Shown here: positions 19,576-29,532 of the stretch, piece after piece
Position numbering within the stretch: the first letter of the stretch is position 1
Layout of the letters: each line of letters starts with the position of its first letter
Assembly: GCA_945952045.1 (NCBI GenBank)
Contig: CAMFHE010000001.1
Location: 74,041 to 138,040 of the forward strand
Reading direction: 5' to 3'
Source of the DNA: an uncultured Rhizobium sp.
Lineage (GTDB): Bacteria > Pseudomonadota > Alphaproteobacteria > Rhizobiales > Rhizobiaceae
Length of the DNA stretch: 64,000 nt
The notes under the pieces: model-generated
The model's database searches: none
Told to the model about the DNA's origin: nothing
The model's input: the letters and a program-made list of their open reading frames with translations, nothing else
Program-made: the position numbers and the translations under genes

Positions 19576-20341
19576 GACAGCCTCCGGCACGGCCTATCTG
19601 GAGCGGGGCGAGGGCAATGAAACCCTGGTCCTGATCCATGGGGTGGGCATGCGCATCGAGGCATGGCAGCCGCAGATCGACCGCCTTGCTGAACGCTTCC
19701 GGATTATTGCCGTCGACCTTCCCGGTCATGGCTTTTCCGCTCCGCTGCAAGGGCCTCCGGCTCTTTCCGGCTTCGTCGCCTGGTTTGACGGCTTTCTGAA
19801 GGAGATCGGCGCCGGCGTGGTGAATGTCGCGGGTCATTCCATGGGGGCGCTGATTGCCTCGGGAATAGTCGCCACGGCTCCTGAAAGGATCAAACGCGTC
19901 GCCCTGCTGAATGGCGTCTATCGACGCAATCCGGCGGCGCGGGCGGCGGTGGAAGCGCGGGCGCGGGAGATCGGCTCCGGCAATTTCGATCGCGAGGCAC
20001 CACTGGCGCGCTGGTTTGCGCCGGAAGAGCAGGGCGGCGAGGCCTATCGTCTCGTTCACGATCTGCTGCAGGCGGTCGATCCCGCCGGATATGCTGCGGC
20101 CTACACCGCCTTTGCCACCGGCGACTCGGTTTATTCTGACTGCTGGCCGCAGGTGACGTGCCCGGCGCTGTTTCTGACCAGCGACGGCGATCTGAACTCG
20201 ACGGCTGAAATGGCGCGCGAGATGGCTGAGGCCGCGCCGCGCGGACGCGCGGTGGTCATCGAAGGCCATCGCCATATGGTGAACCTTACGGCGCCGGAGG
20301 ATGTGACGGCGGCGCTGAGCGACTGGCTTGCCGAACGCTGA
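19550..20341 (+). CDS. tgnD: Alpha/beta hydrolase, TgnD-like
   Basis: IHGVG, GHSMG nucleophile elbow, D and RHM His; context with tgnA/B/C-like genes. Confidence 0.7.
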   Translation: MSQTLPRSETASGTAYLERGEGNETLVLIHGVGMRIEAWQPQIDRLAERFRIIAVDLPGHGFSAPLQGPPALSGFVAWFDGFLKEIGAGVVNVAGHSMGALIASGIVATAPERIKRVALLNGVYRRNPAARAAVEARAREIGSGNFDREAPLARWFAPEEQGGEAYRLVHDLLQAVDPAGYAAAYTAFATGDSVYSDCWPQVTCPALFLTSDGDLNSTAEMAREMAEAAPRGRAVVIEGHRHMVNLTAPEDVTAALSDWLAER

Positions 20342-20358
20342 AACCACCGGAGGAGACT

Positions 20359-21282
20359 ATGACATCAGACCCCAGAGCGTTGCGCGATGCCTTCGGTGCA
20401 TTTCTGACCGGCGTGACCGTGGTCACAACGGTGGATGCGACTGGCGCGCCCATCGGCTTTACCGCCAATAGTTTCACGAGCGTTTCGCTCGACCCGCCGC
20501 TGCTGCTCGTCTGCCTGGCGAAGACCTCGCGCAATTACGTGACGCTGACCGGCGCGAAGGGTTTTGGCGTGAATATTCTCTCCGAAGCGCAGAAGGATGT
20601 GTCCAACACCTTCGCGCGGCCGGTCGAGGATCGGTTCGCCGCCGTGGAGTGGACCTCCGGCCCCTTCGGCGCGCCGGTGTTTGCCGATGTCGCCGCCTGG
20701 TTCGATTGCTCGACGCATGACGTAGTCGATGCCGGCGATCACGTCATTCTCGTCGGGCGCGTCGAAGCGTTCGAAAACAGCGGCAAGACTGGTCTTGGCT
20801 ATGCGCGCGGCGGATATTTCACGCCGACGATGGCTGAACGCAGCCTTCTCGCCAATGCGGATGGCAGCCTCGTGCTCGGCGCGGTGGCGGAGCGCGACGG
20901 CAATATCCTGCTCGTCGAGGACGGCAAGGGCGGCTGGACGCTGCCTTTCGTCGAAAAGGCGGAAAGCGACGGCATGGATGCGCTGGAGGCATATGTCGCC
21001 GGAGCGGTCGGCCCTGCGCTCCAGCCGGGCCTTCTCTATTCCGTTTACGAAGACACCAAGACGGGTCGTCAGCATGTGGTCTATCGTGCGGCACTGGGCG
21101 AGGGCGCTCTGAAGAGCGGGCAGCTCTTCCCGTTGCAGGCGCTTCCCATTGATGCCATCGCCGATAGCGCCGTTCGCGATATTCTCAAGCGATATGCGCA
21201 GGAATGCACGCTCGGCAATTTCGGCGTCTATTTCGGCAATCAGGACAAGGGCCGCGTCCACGCCGTGGCCACGAAAGGGTGA
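20359..21282 (+). CDS. tgnA: Flavin reductase with C-terminal Nudix-like extension, TgnA-like
   Basis: GFTANSFTSVSLDPPL and GDH motifs; extra ~150 aa domain; next to the LLM oxygenase. Confidence 0.75.
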   Translation: MTSDPRALRDAFGAFLTGVTVVTTVDATGAPIGFTANSFTSVSLDPPLLLVCLAKTSRNYVTLTGAKGFGVNILSEAQKDVSNTFARPVEDRFAAVEWTSGPFGAPVFADVAAWFDCSTHDVVDAGDHVILVGRVEAFENSGKTGLGYARGGYFTPTMAERSLLANADGSLVLGAVAERDGNILLVEDGKGGWTLPFVEKAESDGMDALEAYVAGAVGPALQPGLLYSVYEDTKTGRQHVVYRAALGEGALKSGQLFPLQALPIDAIADSAVRDILKRYAQECTLGNFGVYFGNQDKGRVHAVATKG

Positions 21283-21287
21283 CATCC

Positions 21288-22325
21288 ATGAAATTCTCGT
21301 TGTTCGTTCATATGGAAAGGCTGGATGCCAGCCAAGCGCACCGGGAACTCTATGACGAGTTCATCGCGCTTTGCGAGATCGCCGACAAGGGCGGGATGCA
21401 TGCGATCTGGACCGGCGAACACCACGCCATGGATTTCACCATTGCGCCCAATCCCTTCGTCAACATCGCCGACCTCGCGCGCCGCACCAGCAATGTGCGC
21501 CTCGGCACCGGCACCGTGATCGCCCCCTTCTGGCACCCGATCAAGCTGGCTGGCGAAGCTGCAATGACCGACATCATCGCAGATGGCCGGCTCGATATCG
21601 GCATTGCCCGTGGCGCCTATAGTTTCGAATACGAGCGGCTTCTGCCGGGGCTCGATGCCTGGGGCGCCGGCCAGCGCATGCGCGAGTTGATCCCGGCGGT
21701 CAAAGGCCTCTGGGAGGGCGATTACGCCCATGACGGCGAATTCTGGAAATTTCCGAAAACCACCTCGGCGCCCAAGCCGCAGCAACAGCCGCACCCGCCG
21801 ATCTGGGTGGCCGCGCGCGATCCCAACAGCCATGAATTCGCGGTGTCCAACGGCTGCAACGTGCAATGCACGCCGCTCGCCAACGGTGAGGCGGAGATCG
21901 CCAGCCTGATGGAGCGCTTCAACGCGGCCTGCGCGAAAGCGCCGAGTGTACCGCGGCCGAAGATCATGCTGCTCCAGCATACCTATGTCGGCTCTGACGA
22001 GGCCGATATCGCGCAGGCCGCGAAGGAAATCAGCACCTATTACAACTACTTCTTCGCATGGTTCAGGAACGAACGGCCGATCAGCCAGGGCCTGATCGAG
22101 CGCCTTTCCGACGAAGAGCTTGCCGCCAATCCCAACCTCACGCCGCAGAAGATGCGCGAGAACATGCCGATCGGCACGGCGGACGAGGTGATCGGGCGCG
22201 TCAAGGTCTACGAGGATCTAGGCTACGACGAATATTCCTTCTGGATCGACACCGGCATGAGTTTCGAGCGTAAGAAGGCGTCGCTCGAACGTTTCATCGC
22301 CGATGTCATGCCGGCTTTCCGCTGA
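21288..22325 (+). CDS. tgnB: Luciferase-like flavin-dependent monooxygenase, trigonelline oxygenase TgnB-like
   Basis: MKFSLFVHMER..GGMHAIWTGEHHAM.FTIAPNPF..WHPIKLAGEAAMTDII..WIDTGMSFERKKASLER closely matches Acinetobacter TgnB as remembered. Confidence 0.82.
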   Translation: MKFSLFVHMERLDASQAHRELYDEFIALCEIADKGGMHAIWTGEHHAMDFTIAPNPFVNIADLARRTSNVRLGTGTVIAPFWHPIKLAGEAAMTDIIADGRLDIGIARGAYSFEYERLLPGLDAWGAGQRMRELIPAVKGLWEGDYAHDGEFWKFPKTTSAPKPQQQPHPPIWVAARDPNSHEFAVSNGCNVQCTPLANGEAEIASLMERFNAACAKAPSVPRPKIMLLQHTYVGSDEADIAQAAKEISTYYNYFFAWFRNERPISQGLIERLSDEELAANPNLTPQKMRENMPIGTADEVIGRVKVYEDLGYDEYSFWIDTGMSFERKKASLERFIADVMPAFR

Positions 22326-22332
22326 GGTGACT

Positions 22333-23796
22333 ATGCAGACGTTTCAGCAATATATCGACGGCGCTTTCGATGACGGCTCTGCCCGTTTCGATTCCATCGA
22401 TCCGGCCACCGGTGCCGTCTGGGCGTCGATGCCCGAGGCGCGCGAGGCCGATGTCGACCGCGCCGTCACCGCTGCCGAACGGGCGCTCTGGAGCGGCCCG
22501 TGGCCGGCCATGACCGCAACGGCGCGGGGCAAGCTGCTCTATCGCCTTGCCGATCTGGTGCAGGCGAATGCCGGCCGGCTGGCCGAGCTGGAAACCCGCG
22601 ACACCGGCAAGATCATTCGCGAGACCTCGGCGCAGATCGCCTATGTCGCTGAATACTACCGTTATTATGCCGGTCTCGCCGACAAGATCGAGGGCGCGAC
22701 GCTTGCCATCGACAAGGCCGACATGGATGTCTGGACGCGGCGCGAGCCGGTCGGCGTGGTGGCGGCGGTCGTGCCGTGGAACAGCCAGCTTTTCCTGTCT
22801 GCCGTGAAGATCGGCCCCGCCCTTGCGGCCGGCTGCACGCTGGTCGTCAAGGCCTCCGAGGATGGCCCGGCCCCGATGCTGGAATTTGCCCGCCTCGTGC
22901 ATGAGGCCGGTTTCCCGCCCGGCGTCGTCAATATTCTCACCGGCTTCGGACCGGCCTGCGGCAGTGCGCTGACGCGCCATCCGGGCGTCGCCCATATCGC
23001 CTTTACCGGCGGTCCGTCGACGGCGGCGCATGTGGTGCGCAATTCCGCCGAAAACCTGGCCAGCACCTCGCTGGAACTGGGCGGCAAATCGCCCTTCATC
23101 GTCTTTGCCGATGCCGACCTCGACAGCGCCGCCAATGCCCAGGTCGCCGGCATCTTCGCCGCGACCGGCCAGAGCTGCGTCGCCGGCTCGCGCCTCCTGG
23201 TCGAGGCCTCCGTCAAGGACAAGTTCCTTGCGCTGCTCAAGGCCAAAGCCGAGGCGATCCGGATCGGATCGCCGCTCGACATGGCGACCGAGGTCGGGCC
23301 GCTCTGCACCCGCCGCCAGCGCGACGGGATCGAAGAGGTGGTCGCACGCTCGATTGCGGCCGGCGCCAAAGCGGTCACCGGGGCAAGCGCCGTCGAAGGC
23401 GAAGGCTTCTATTATCGGCCGACGATCCTCGATTGCGACGGCGTGACCGCGCCATCCGTACAGACGGAGTTGTTCGGGCCGGTTCTGTCGGTCGTCTCCT
23501 TCGACAATGAAGACGAGGCAGTTCAGCTTGCCAATTCAACGCGCTACGGCCTCGCATCCGGTGTGTTCACGCAGAACCTGTCGCGCGCGCACCGCATGAT
23601 CCGCCGCATCCGCGCCGGCATCGTCTGGGTCAACACCTATCGCGCCGTCTCGCCGATCGCGCCGTTCGGCGGCTATGGTCAGTCGGGACACGGCCGTGAG
23701 GGCGGAATTGCAGCCGCGCTCGATTACACCCGGACCAAAACGGTGTGGCTGAGAACATCGGACGATCCGATCCCCGACCCCTTCGTGATGCGGTGA
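22333..23796 (+). CDS. tgnC: Aldehyde dehydrogenase, TgnC-like
   Basis: PWNSQ, LELGGKSP, GQSCVAGSR, ELFGPV; C-terminal DPIPDPFVMR. Confidence 0.75.
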   Translation: MQTFQQYIDGAFDDGSARFDSIDPATGAVWASMPEAREADVDRAVTAAERALWSGPWPAMTATARGKLLYRLADLVQANAGRLAELETRDTGKIIRETSAQIAYVAEYYRYYAGLADKIEGATLAIDKADMDVWTRREPVGVVAAVVPWNSQLFLSAVKIGPALAAGCTLVVKASEDGPAPMLEFARLVHEAGFPPGVVNILTGFGPACGSALTRHPGVAHIAFTGGPSTAAHVVRNSAENLASTSLELGGKSPFIVFADADLDSAANAQVAGIFAATGQSCVAGSRLLVEASVKDKFLALLKAKAEAIRIGSPLDMATEVGPLCTRRQRDGIEEVVARSIAAGAKAVTGASAVEGEGFYYRPTILDCDGVTAPSVQTELFGPVLSVVSFDNEDEAVQLANSTRYGLASGVFTQNLSRAHRMIRRIRAGIVWVNTYRAVSPIAPFGGYGQSGHGREGGIAAALDYTRTKTVWLRTSDDPIPDPFVMR

Positions 23797-23800
23797 ACCG

Positions 23801-24130
23801 ATGTTCTACGAGATCAGAACCTATCGGCTGAAGAACGGCGCCATTCCCGGCTATCTGAAAGTGGTCGGCGAAGAGGGGATCGCTATCCAGAAAAGCCATC
23901 TCGGCAATCTCGTCGGCTATTTCTCCTCCGAGATCGGCCCGATCAACGAAATCGTTCACATCTGGGGTTTCGAGAGCCTGGACGACCGGCAGGCCCGCCG
24001 CGCCCGCCTTGCAAGCGATCCCGCATGGCAGGCCTTTCTGCCGAAAATCCGCGACCTGATCGTGACGGCGGACAACAAGATCATGATCCCCGCCGCTTTT
24101 TCGCCGCTCGGCGGCAGCGCACCGATCTGA
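23801..24130 (+). CDS. NIPSNAP family protein
   Basis: YEIRTYRL..G, GYFSSEIG.IN..VHIW, R...RA.L..DP.W, FSPL. Confidence 0.88.
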   Translation: MFYEIRTYRLKNGAIPGYLKVVGEEGIAIQKSHLGNLVGYFSSEIGPINEIVHIWGFESLDDRQARRARLASDPAWQAFLPKIRDLIVTADNKIMIPAAFSPLGGSAPI

Positions 24131-24163
24131 CGACATAATCAACCGAACTGGGAGCATAAAAAC

Positions 24164-25174
24164 ATGAAGAACATTGCAGCAATCGCACTCCTGACCACGA
24201 CGCTCGGCTTTGCCGGCATCGCCAAGGCCGAGGACATGGTGTTTACCAGCTGGGGCGGCACCACGCAGGATGCACAGAAGGCAAACTGGGCCGATAATTT
24301 CTCGGCGAAAAGCAACGTGACCGTCACCCAGGATGGCCCGACCGACTACGGCAAGATCAAAGCCATGGTCGAGGCCGGCAACGTCACCTGGGATGCCGTC
24401 GATGTCGAGGGTGATTACGCCGTGCAGGCCGGCAATGCCGGCCTTCTCGAAAAGCTCGACTTTTCGGTCATCGACAAGTCGAAGCTCGATCCGCGTTTCG
24501 TCACCGATTTCTCCGTCGGCAGCTTCTATTATTCCTTCGTGATCGGCTGCAACAAGGATGCGGTCAAGGCCTGCCCGAAGACCTGGGCCGATCTGTTCGA
24601 CACCGCCAAATTTCCCGGCAAGCGCACCTTCTACAAGTGGTCGGCGCCGGGCGTGATCGAAGCGGCCTTGCTGGCTGACGGCGTTCCCGCAGACAAGCTT
24701 TATCCGCTCGATCTCGATCGCGCCTTCAAGAAGCTCGATACGATCAAGTCCGATATCGTCTGGTGGGATAGCGGCGCACAGTCGCAGCAGCTGCTGGCAT
24801 CGGCCGAAGCGCCCTACGGCTCCTTCTGGAATGGCCGCCTGACGGCGCTTGCCCAGACGGGCGTTACGGTCGACGCGTCCTGGGATCACAACATCACCGC
24901 CGCAGACAGCCTCGTCGTGCCCAAGGGCGCGAAGAACAAGGATGCGGCCATGAAGTTCATCGCTTATGCGACGAGCGGCGAAGCGCAGGCGAAGTTCGCT
25001 GCCGCTACCGGCTATGCGCCGATCAATGTCGACTCCGCCGCGCAGATGGATCCCGCGCTTCGCAAGACCCTGCCCGACATGCAGGCCGATACCCAGGTCA
25101 ATGCCGACATGTATTACTGGGCCGAGCACCGCGATGACATTGGTACCCGTTGGTACGCCTGGCAGGCAAAATGA
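24164..25174 (+). CDS. ABC substrate-binding protein, PotD/PotF family (probable trigonelline binder)
   Basis: Signal peptide, TSWGGTTQ, LLADGV..DKLYPLDLDRAF; within the tgn-like operon. Confidence 0.88.
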   Translation: MKNIAAIALLTTTLGFAGIAKAEDMVFTSWGGTTQDAQKANWADNFSAKSNVTVTQDGPTDYGKIKAMVEAGNVTWDAVDVEGDYAVQAGNAGLLEKLDFSVIDKSKLDPRFVTDFSVGSFYYSFVIGCNKDAVKACPKTWADLFDTAKFPGKRTFYKWSAPGVIEAALLADGVPADKLYPLDLDRAFKKLDTIKSDIVWWDSGAQSQQLLASAEAPYGSFWNGRLTALAQTGVTVDASWDHNITAADSLVVPKGAKNKDAAMKFIAYATSGEAQAKFAAATGYAPINVDSAAQMDPALRKTLPDMQADTQVNADMYYWAEHRDDIGTRWYAWQAK

Positions 25175-25260
25175 CAAGCATCTCCCCATACCAGGGCGGG
25201 CAAGACAAAGGCGGCCCGGCGTTTCGCCGGTCCGCTTCCCAATCCAAGGGATCATCGACC

Positions 25261-26112
25261 ATGGCTGTTACGCTCGCGACGGGCGCCGTCAAGACCAAAC
25301 GTGAGGGCAATTTCGGCTACCTCGTGCCGGCACTACTGCTCATCGCCCTCTTTTTCATCGTGCCTGTGTTCATGCTTCTGATGCGCAGCGTGCTGGAGCC
25401 GCAATTCGGCCTGCAGAACTATGCGACGCTTCTGGGCTCGACGACCTATCTGCGTGTCTTCCTCAATACCTTCATCGTCGCCGGCGTTGTGACCATCGTC
25501 TCCATCGTCATCGGATATCCCGTCGCCTGGCTGCTGGCGATCATGCCGGAGCGCTGGTCGCGACTGCTGCTCGCCATCATCATCCTGTCGATGTGGACGA
25601 ACCTTCTGGCGCGCACCTATGCCTGGATGGTGCTTTTGCAGCGCACCGGGGTGATCAACAAGACGCTGATGGGGCTCGGCCTCATCGATCAGCCGCTGGC
25701 GCTGGTCAACAATCTCGTCGGCGTCACCATCGGCATGACCTATATCATGCTGCCCTTCGTGATCCTGCCGCTGATGGGCGTCATCCGCTCCATCGATCCG
25801 GCTATCCTGCGCGCAGCCGCCTTGTGCGGCGCGACGAAGATGCAGTGTCTCGTCCGTGTGCTGCTGCCGCTGTCTCTGCCGGGGATCGCCGCCGGCGCGC
25901 TGATGGTCTTCGTCATGTCGCTTGGCTATTTCGTCACGCCCGCCTTGCTTGGCGGCACCTCGAACATGATGCTTGCCGAACTCGTCGCGCAATTCGTCCA
26001 GTCGCTGGTCAATTGGGGCATGGGTGGCGCCGCCGCTCTGGTGCTTCTCGTCGTGACGCTGGCGATCTATGCGGTTCAGCTCAAATATTTCAAAACGGCC
26101 GGAGGGAGTTAG
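25261..26112 (+). CDS. ABC permease, PotB-type
   Basis: MWTNLLARTYAW, RAAALCGA. Confidence 0.9.
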   Translation: MAVTLATGAVKTKREGNFGYLVPALLLIALFFIVPVFMLLMRSVLEPQFGLQNYATLLGSTTYLRVFLNTFIVAGVVTIVSIVIGYPVAWLLAIMPERWSRLLLAIIILSMWTNLLARTYAWMVLLQRTGVINKTLMGLGLIDQPLALVNNLVGVTIGMTYIMLPFVILPLMGVIRSIDPAILRAAALCGATKMQCLVRVLLPLSLPGIAAGALMVFVMSLGYFVTPALLGGTSNMMLAELVAQFVQSLVNWGMGGAAALVLLVVTLAIYAVQLKYFKTAGGS

Positions 26113-26114
26113 TC

Positions 26115-26915
26115 ATGCTGCTCGATTTCGACAAGCTCGGCGCGTGGCGCGGCGTCCTCATCGGCATCGCCGTCCTGGTCTGCCTGTTTCTGATCCTGCC
26201 CATCGTCTTCATCGCGGCGCTGTCCTTCGGCTCGTCGCAATGGCTGATCTTTCCGCCGCCGTCCTGGACGTTCAAATGGTATCAGGACCTGTTTGCCGAT
26301 CCGCGCTGGCTCTATTCGGCGCTGACCAGCCTCAAGATCGCGGCAATCGTCACCGTGCTGTCGGTGGTCATCGGCTTTCTCGCCGCACTCGGCCTCGACC
26401 GCGGCCGTTTTGTCGGCCGGGATGCGATCCGCGCCCTTTTCCTGACACCGATGATCCTGCCGGTCGTGGTTCTCGCCGTTGCGCTCTATGCGCTTTTCCT
26501 CAAGCTCGGTCTGGCCGGCACGACGATTGCCTTCATTATTGCCCATCTGCTGATCGCGCTGCCGTTTTCGATCATCTCGATCGGCAATGCGCTCGAAGGG
26601 TTTGACCGTTCTATCGAGGATGCGGCCATTCTCTGCGGCGCAAGCCCCTGGGAGGCGCGTCTGCGCGTCACGGTGCCAGCCGTCAGTCACGGTATTTTCG
26701 GCGCCGCCGTCTTCTCCTTCCTTGCCTCCTGGGACGAGGTGGTGCTGGCGATCTTCATGGCAAGCCCGACATTGCAGACGCTTCCGGTCAAGATCTGGTC
26801 GACGCTGCGGCAGGACCTGACGCCGGTGATTGCCGCCGCCTCCACACTGCTCATTGCCTTTACGATCCTCCTGATGATCGTCGCGGCGCTCTTCCGCAAG
26901 GGACGAAAAGCATGA
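26115..26915 (+). CDS. ABC permease, PotC-type
   Basis: FPPPSWTFKWY, EDAAILCGA, SWDEVV. Confidence 0.9.
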   Translation: MLLDFDKLGAWRGVLIGIAVLVCLFLILPIVFIAALSFGSSQWLIFPPPSWTFKWYQDLFADPRWLYSALTSLKIAAIVTVLSVVIGFLAALGLDRGRFVGRDAIRALFLTPMILPVVVLAVALYALFLKLGLAGTTIAFIIAHLLIALPFSIISIGNALEGFDRSIEDAAILCGASPWEARLRVTVPAVSHGIFGAAVFSFLASWDEVVLAIFMASPTLQTLPVKIWSTLRQDLTPVIAAASTLLIAFTILLMIVAALFRKGRKA

Positions 26916-27988
26916 CCCAACCCTTTCTCAGCATTCGCGGCATCCGCAAGACCTATGGCGCGGTGACGGCCGTAAAGAATGTCAGCATGGATATTGCCGA
27001 AGGCGAGTTCATGACCTTTCTCGGGCCGTCCGGTTCCGGCAAGTCGACGACCCTCTATATTCTCGCCGGCTTCCAGGATCCGAGCGGCGGCGATATCCAG
27101 CTCAAGGGCCAGAGCCTGTTGGCGACCCCGTCCCACAAGCGCAATATCGGCATGGTATTCCAGCGCTATACGCTGTTTCCGCATCTGACCGTCGGCGAGA
27201 ACGTCGCCTTTCCGCTGCGCATCCGACGTCGCCCGCAGGCCGAAATCGCCGACCGCGTGAAGGCTGCCCTGAAACTCGTGCGCCTGGAAGGTTTCGAAGA
27301 CCGTATGCCGGCGCTGATGTCCGGCGGCCAGCAGCAACGCGTCGCGCTTGCGCGCGCGCTGGTTTACAATCCCCCGGTCCTGCTGATGGACGAGCCGCTC
27401 TCGGCCCTCGACAAGAAGCTGCGCGAGGAGATCCAGTTCGAGATCCGCCGTATCCATCAAGAAACCGGCGTGACCATCCTGTATGTCACGCATGATCAGG
27501 AAGAGGCGCTGCGCCTCTCCGATCGCATCGCGGTGTTCAGCCAGGGCGAAATCGACCAGATCGGCACCGGGCCGGAACTTTATTCCAATCCGGCAACCCG
27601 CTTCGTCGCCGGCTTTATCGGCGACAGCAACTTCCTCGACGCGTCCGTTATCACCATGGATGCGGGCAAGGCGAAGCTTTCGCTGGGGGATGGCGCGGTC
27701 GTCGAGGGCGTGCCGCTGCATGGCGCGCCGGCCAAGGGCGCAAAGGCCTCCCTGATGCTGCGGCCGGAACGGCTTTCGCTCTCGAGGGCGGCCGTGCCGG
27801 CAGGGTTGGCGGTGACGGTGCGCGACATCACCTTCCTCGGAAACAATGTCGAGGTCAGCACGGCGACCAAGAGCGGCGCCGATCTTGCCGTGCGTCTGCC
27901 GTTCGGCCATGAGGCTATCTCCAGCCTGGCGCGCGGCGAGCAGGCTTGGCTCACCTTCGATACCGCCGCGGCCCACGCCTTCGCCTGA
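26912..27988 (+). CDS. ABC ATP-binding protein, PotA family
   Basis: [26 protein letters not shown]. Confidence 0.92.
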   Translation: MTQPFLSIRGIRKTYGAVTAVKNVSMDIAEGEFMTFLGPSGSGKSTTLYILAGFQDPSGGDIQLKGQSLLATPSHKRNIGMVFQRYTLFPHLTVGENVAFPLRIRRRPQAEIADRVKAALKLVRLEGFEDRMPALMSGGQQQRVALARALVYNPPVLLMDEPLSALDKKLREEIQFEIRRIHQETGVTILYVTHDQEEALRLSDRIAVFSQGEIDQIGTGPELYSNPATRFVAGFIGDSNFLDASVITMDAGKAKLSLGDGAVVEGVPLHGAPAKGAKASLMLRPERLSLSRAAVPAGLAVTVRDITFLGNNVEVSTATKSGADLAVRLPFGHEAISSLARGEQAWLTFDTAAAHAFA

Positions 27989-28000
27989 CCTTGAACGATA

Positions 28001-28033
28001 TCGGCCGGAGACGACTTTGGTCGCTCCGGCCGA
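28001..28033. terminator. Hairpin between convergent genes
   Basis: TCGGCCGGAG..CGAC / GTCG.CTCCGGCCGA inverted repeat. Confidence 0.55.
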
Positions 28034-28056
28034 ATTTCCTGGAAGACCTTACGGGA

Positions 28057-28647
28057 TCAGCGCAGGCTGGCCTTGCCGCTATAGATGCGGATGCCCTTGA
28101 GGACCGCAGTGGCTAGTGCCGATTTCAGCACGCCGCCGAGAATGAAGGGCGCGACGCCGAGCAGCCAGCTCTTTTCCGCGCCGATCATCGAAGCCAGGTA
28201 AAGACCGCCGAGCGCCAGGCACAGGATATTGGCGCCAAGATGCGCCACAAAGCTCATGACCACGCGATCGCCGGTCCAGCCGCGCTCGGCCAGCCAACCG
28301 ACCATCAGCGCCATGATCGGGAAGGCGACGAGGTAGCCCGCCGTCGGGCCGGCAAAGGGCGCAAGCCCGCCGGAGGCGTTTGCAAGAACAGGCGCGCCGA
28401 GCATCGCTTCGCCAAGCCAGGCCAGCACCGTCAGCGTGCCGAGACGCCATCCATAGAGTGCTCCGATCATCGTGACCGCGAAGGTTTGCATGGTGATCGG
28501 CACCGGCACCATCGGCACCGAGATCTGCGATGCCGCAGCCAGCGCCAGTGTGCCGGCCAGGACAAACAGAAACTTGACCGCCACCGGCCGCGCGGCAAGC
28601 TGCCGGGGATCGAAGGCAAGCGAGCGGGCTTGGTCTGACATGGGCAT
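28057..28647 (-). CDS. bioY: Biotin transporter S component BioY
   Basis: VPITMQTFAV, G.PV.A, GPTAGYL motifs. Confidence 0.93.
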   Translation of the reverse strand: MPMSDQARSLAFDPRQLAARPVAVKFLFVLAGTLALAAASQISVPMVPVPITMQTFAVTMIGALYGWRLGTLTVLAWLGEAMLGAPVLANASGGLAPFAGPTAGYLVAFPIMALMVGWLAERGWTGDRVVMSFVAHLGANILCLALGGLYLASMIGAEKSWLLGVAPFILGGVLKSALATAVLKGIRIYSGKASLR

Positions 28648-28661
28648 GAAACTCTCCTCAT

Positions 28662-28679
28662 AAAATTATAGATAATTTT
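28662..28679. promoter_or_regulatory. BIOR box 1
   Basis: AAAATTATAGATAATTTT matches the BioR consensus TTATMKATAA, just upstream of bioY. Confidence 0.85.
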
Positions 28680-28812
28680 GCACTGTCGTCTATTTTTATG
28701 AGATGACTCTGAAAATTGCGCAAGGGGAATTGACGTGAAACGGCAATAAGCGTCGCCATTTCGCGCTGATTCAACCTTTAAATATCGGAGAATATTGAGA
28801 TATTTTTCTTCG

Positions 28813-28832
28813 AAAAATTATCTATAATTTTT
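28813..28832. promoter_or_regulatory. BIOR box 2
   Basis: AAAAATTATCTATAATTTTT matches TTATMKATAA; abuts the bioR stop codon. Confidence 0.85.
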
Positions 28833-29496
28833 AGCCAACGATGGCAAAAGCTTCCGGCCCACCCGGTTTGCGGGCATTGGGGAAGCGGCCGATCCACTGA
28901 ACATGCTTCTGGAGGATGCTTGCGGCCTCCTCCACCTTGCCGTGGCGAAGGGCTGTCAGGATGGCGCGGTGATCCTGGTCGGTGCGTCTTTCCCAGCCGG
29001 AACGCCAGGCAGAAAACAGGAAGCGGGCGCTCGCGGCATGCAGGTCGTCGATTGAGCTCAGCAGCCGTTTCATGTTGCAAGGGGTGAGGATCAGCCGATG
29101 AAACCGTCGATTGGCTTCTTCCCAGGTATGAACGTCAGCCGCGTCGTCACCGTCCTTCGTCGCCTGTTCCGCAGCCTCGAGAATGGCCGGCGTCAGGTGT
29201 TTTGCCGCGTGGCGTAGCGCCAGAACCTCAAGCGCCGCACGCATTTCGGCAACCTCACGCACGTCCTCGAAGTTGAAGGAGGCGACTCGGACGCCACGCC
29301 GCGGTTCGCTGAAGGCAAGCCCTTGCGCCTCGAGCCGCCGAAAAGCTTCACGAACGGGAACATGGCTGGTGTTGAATTCCTCGGCAATATGGTCCTGCCG
29401 CAGCCGTTCGCCGGAAGTGAGTTCGCCACGTACGATGCGATCCGCAAGAATGCGGCTGATGCGGCTGGCAATCGTATCTTCGGGTTCCTTGGGCAT
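28831..29496 (-). CDS. bioR: GntR family biotin regulator BioR
   Basis: GERLRQDHIAEEFNTSHVPVREA HTH; directly upstream of bioY with two BIOR boxes. Confidence 0.85.
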   Translation of the reverse strand: MPKEPEDTIASRISRILADRIVRGELTSGERLRQDHIAEEFNTSHVPVREAFRRLEAQGLAFSEPRRGVRVASFNFEDVREVAEMRAALEVLALRHAAKHLTPAILEAAEQATKDGDDAADVHTWEEANRRFHRLILTPCNMKRLLSSIDDLHAASARFLFSAWRSGWERRTDQDHRAILTALRHGKVEEAASILQKHVQWIGRFPNARKPGGPEAFAIVG

Positions 29497-29532
29497 TCGG
29501 TCCAGTTGCGTGCGGGAATCGGCGAGCCGACG

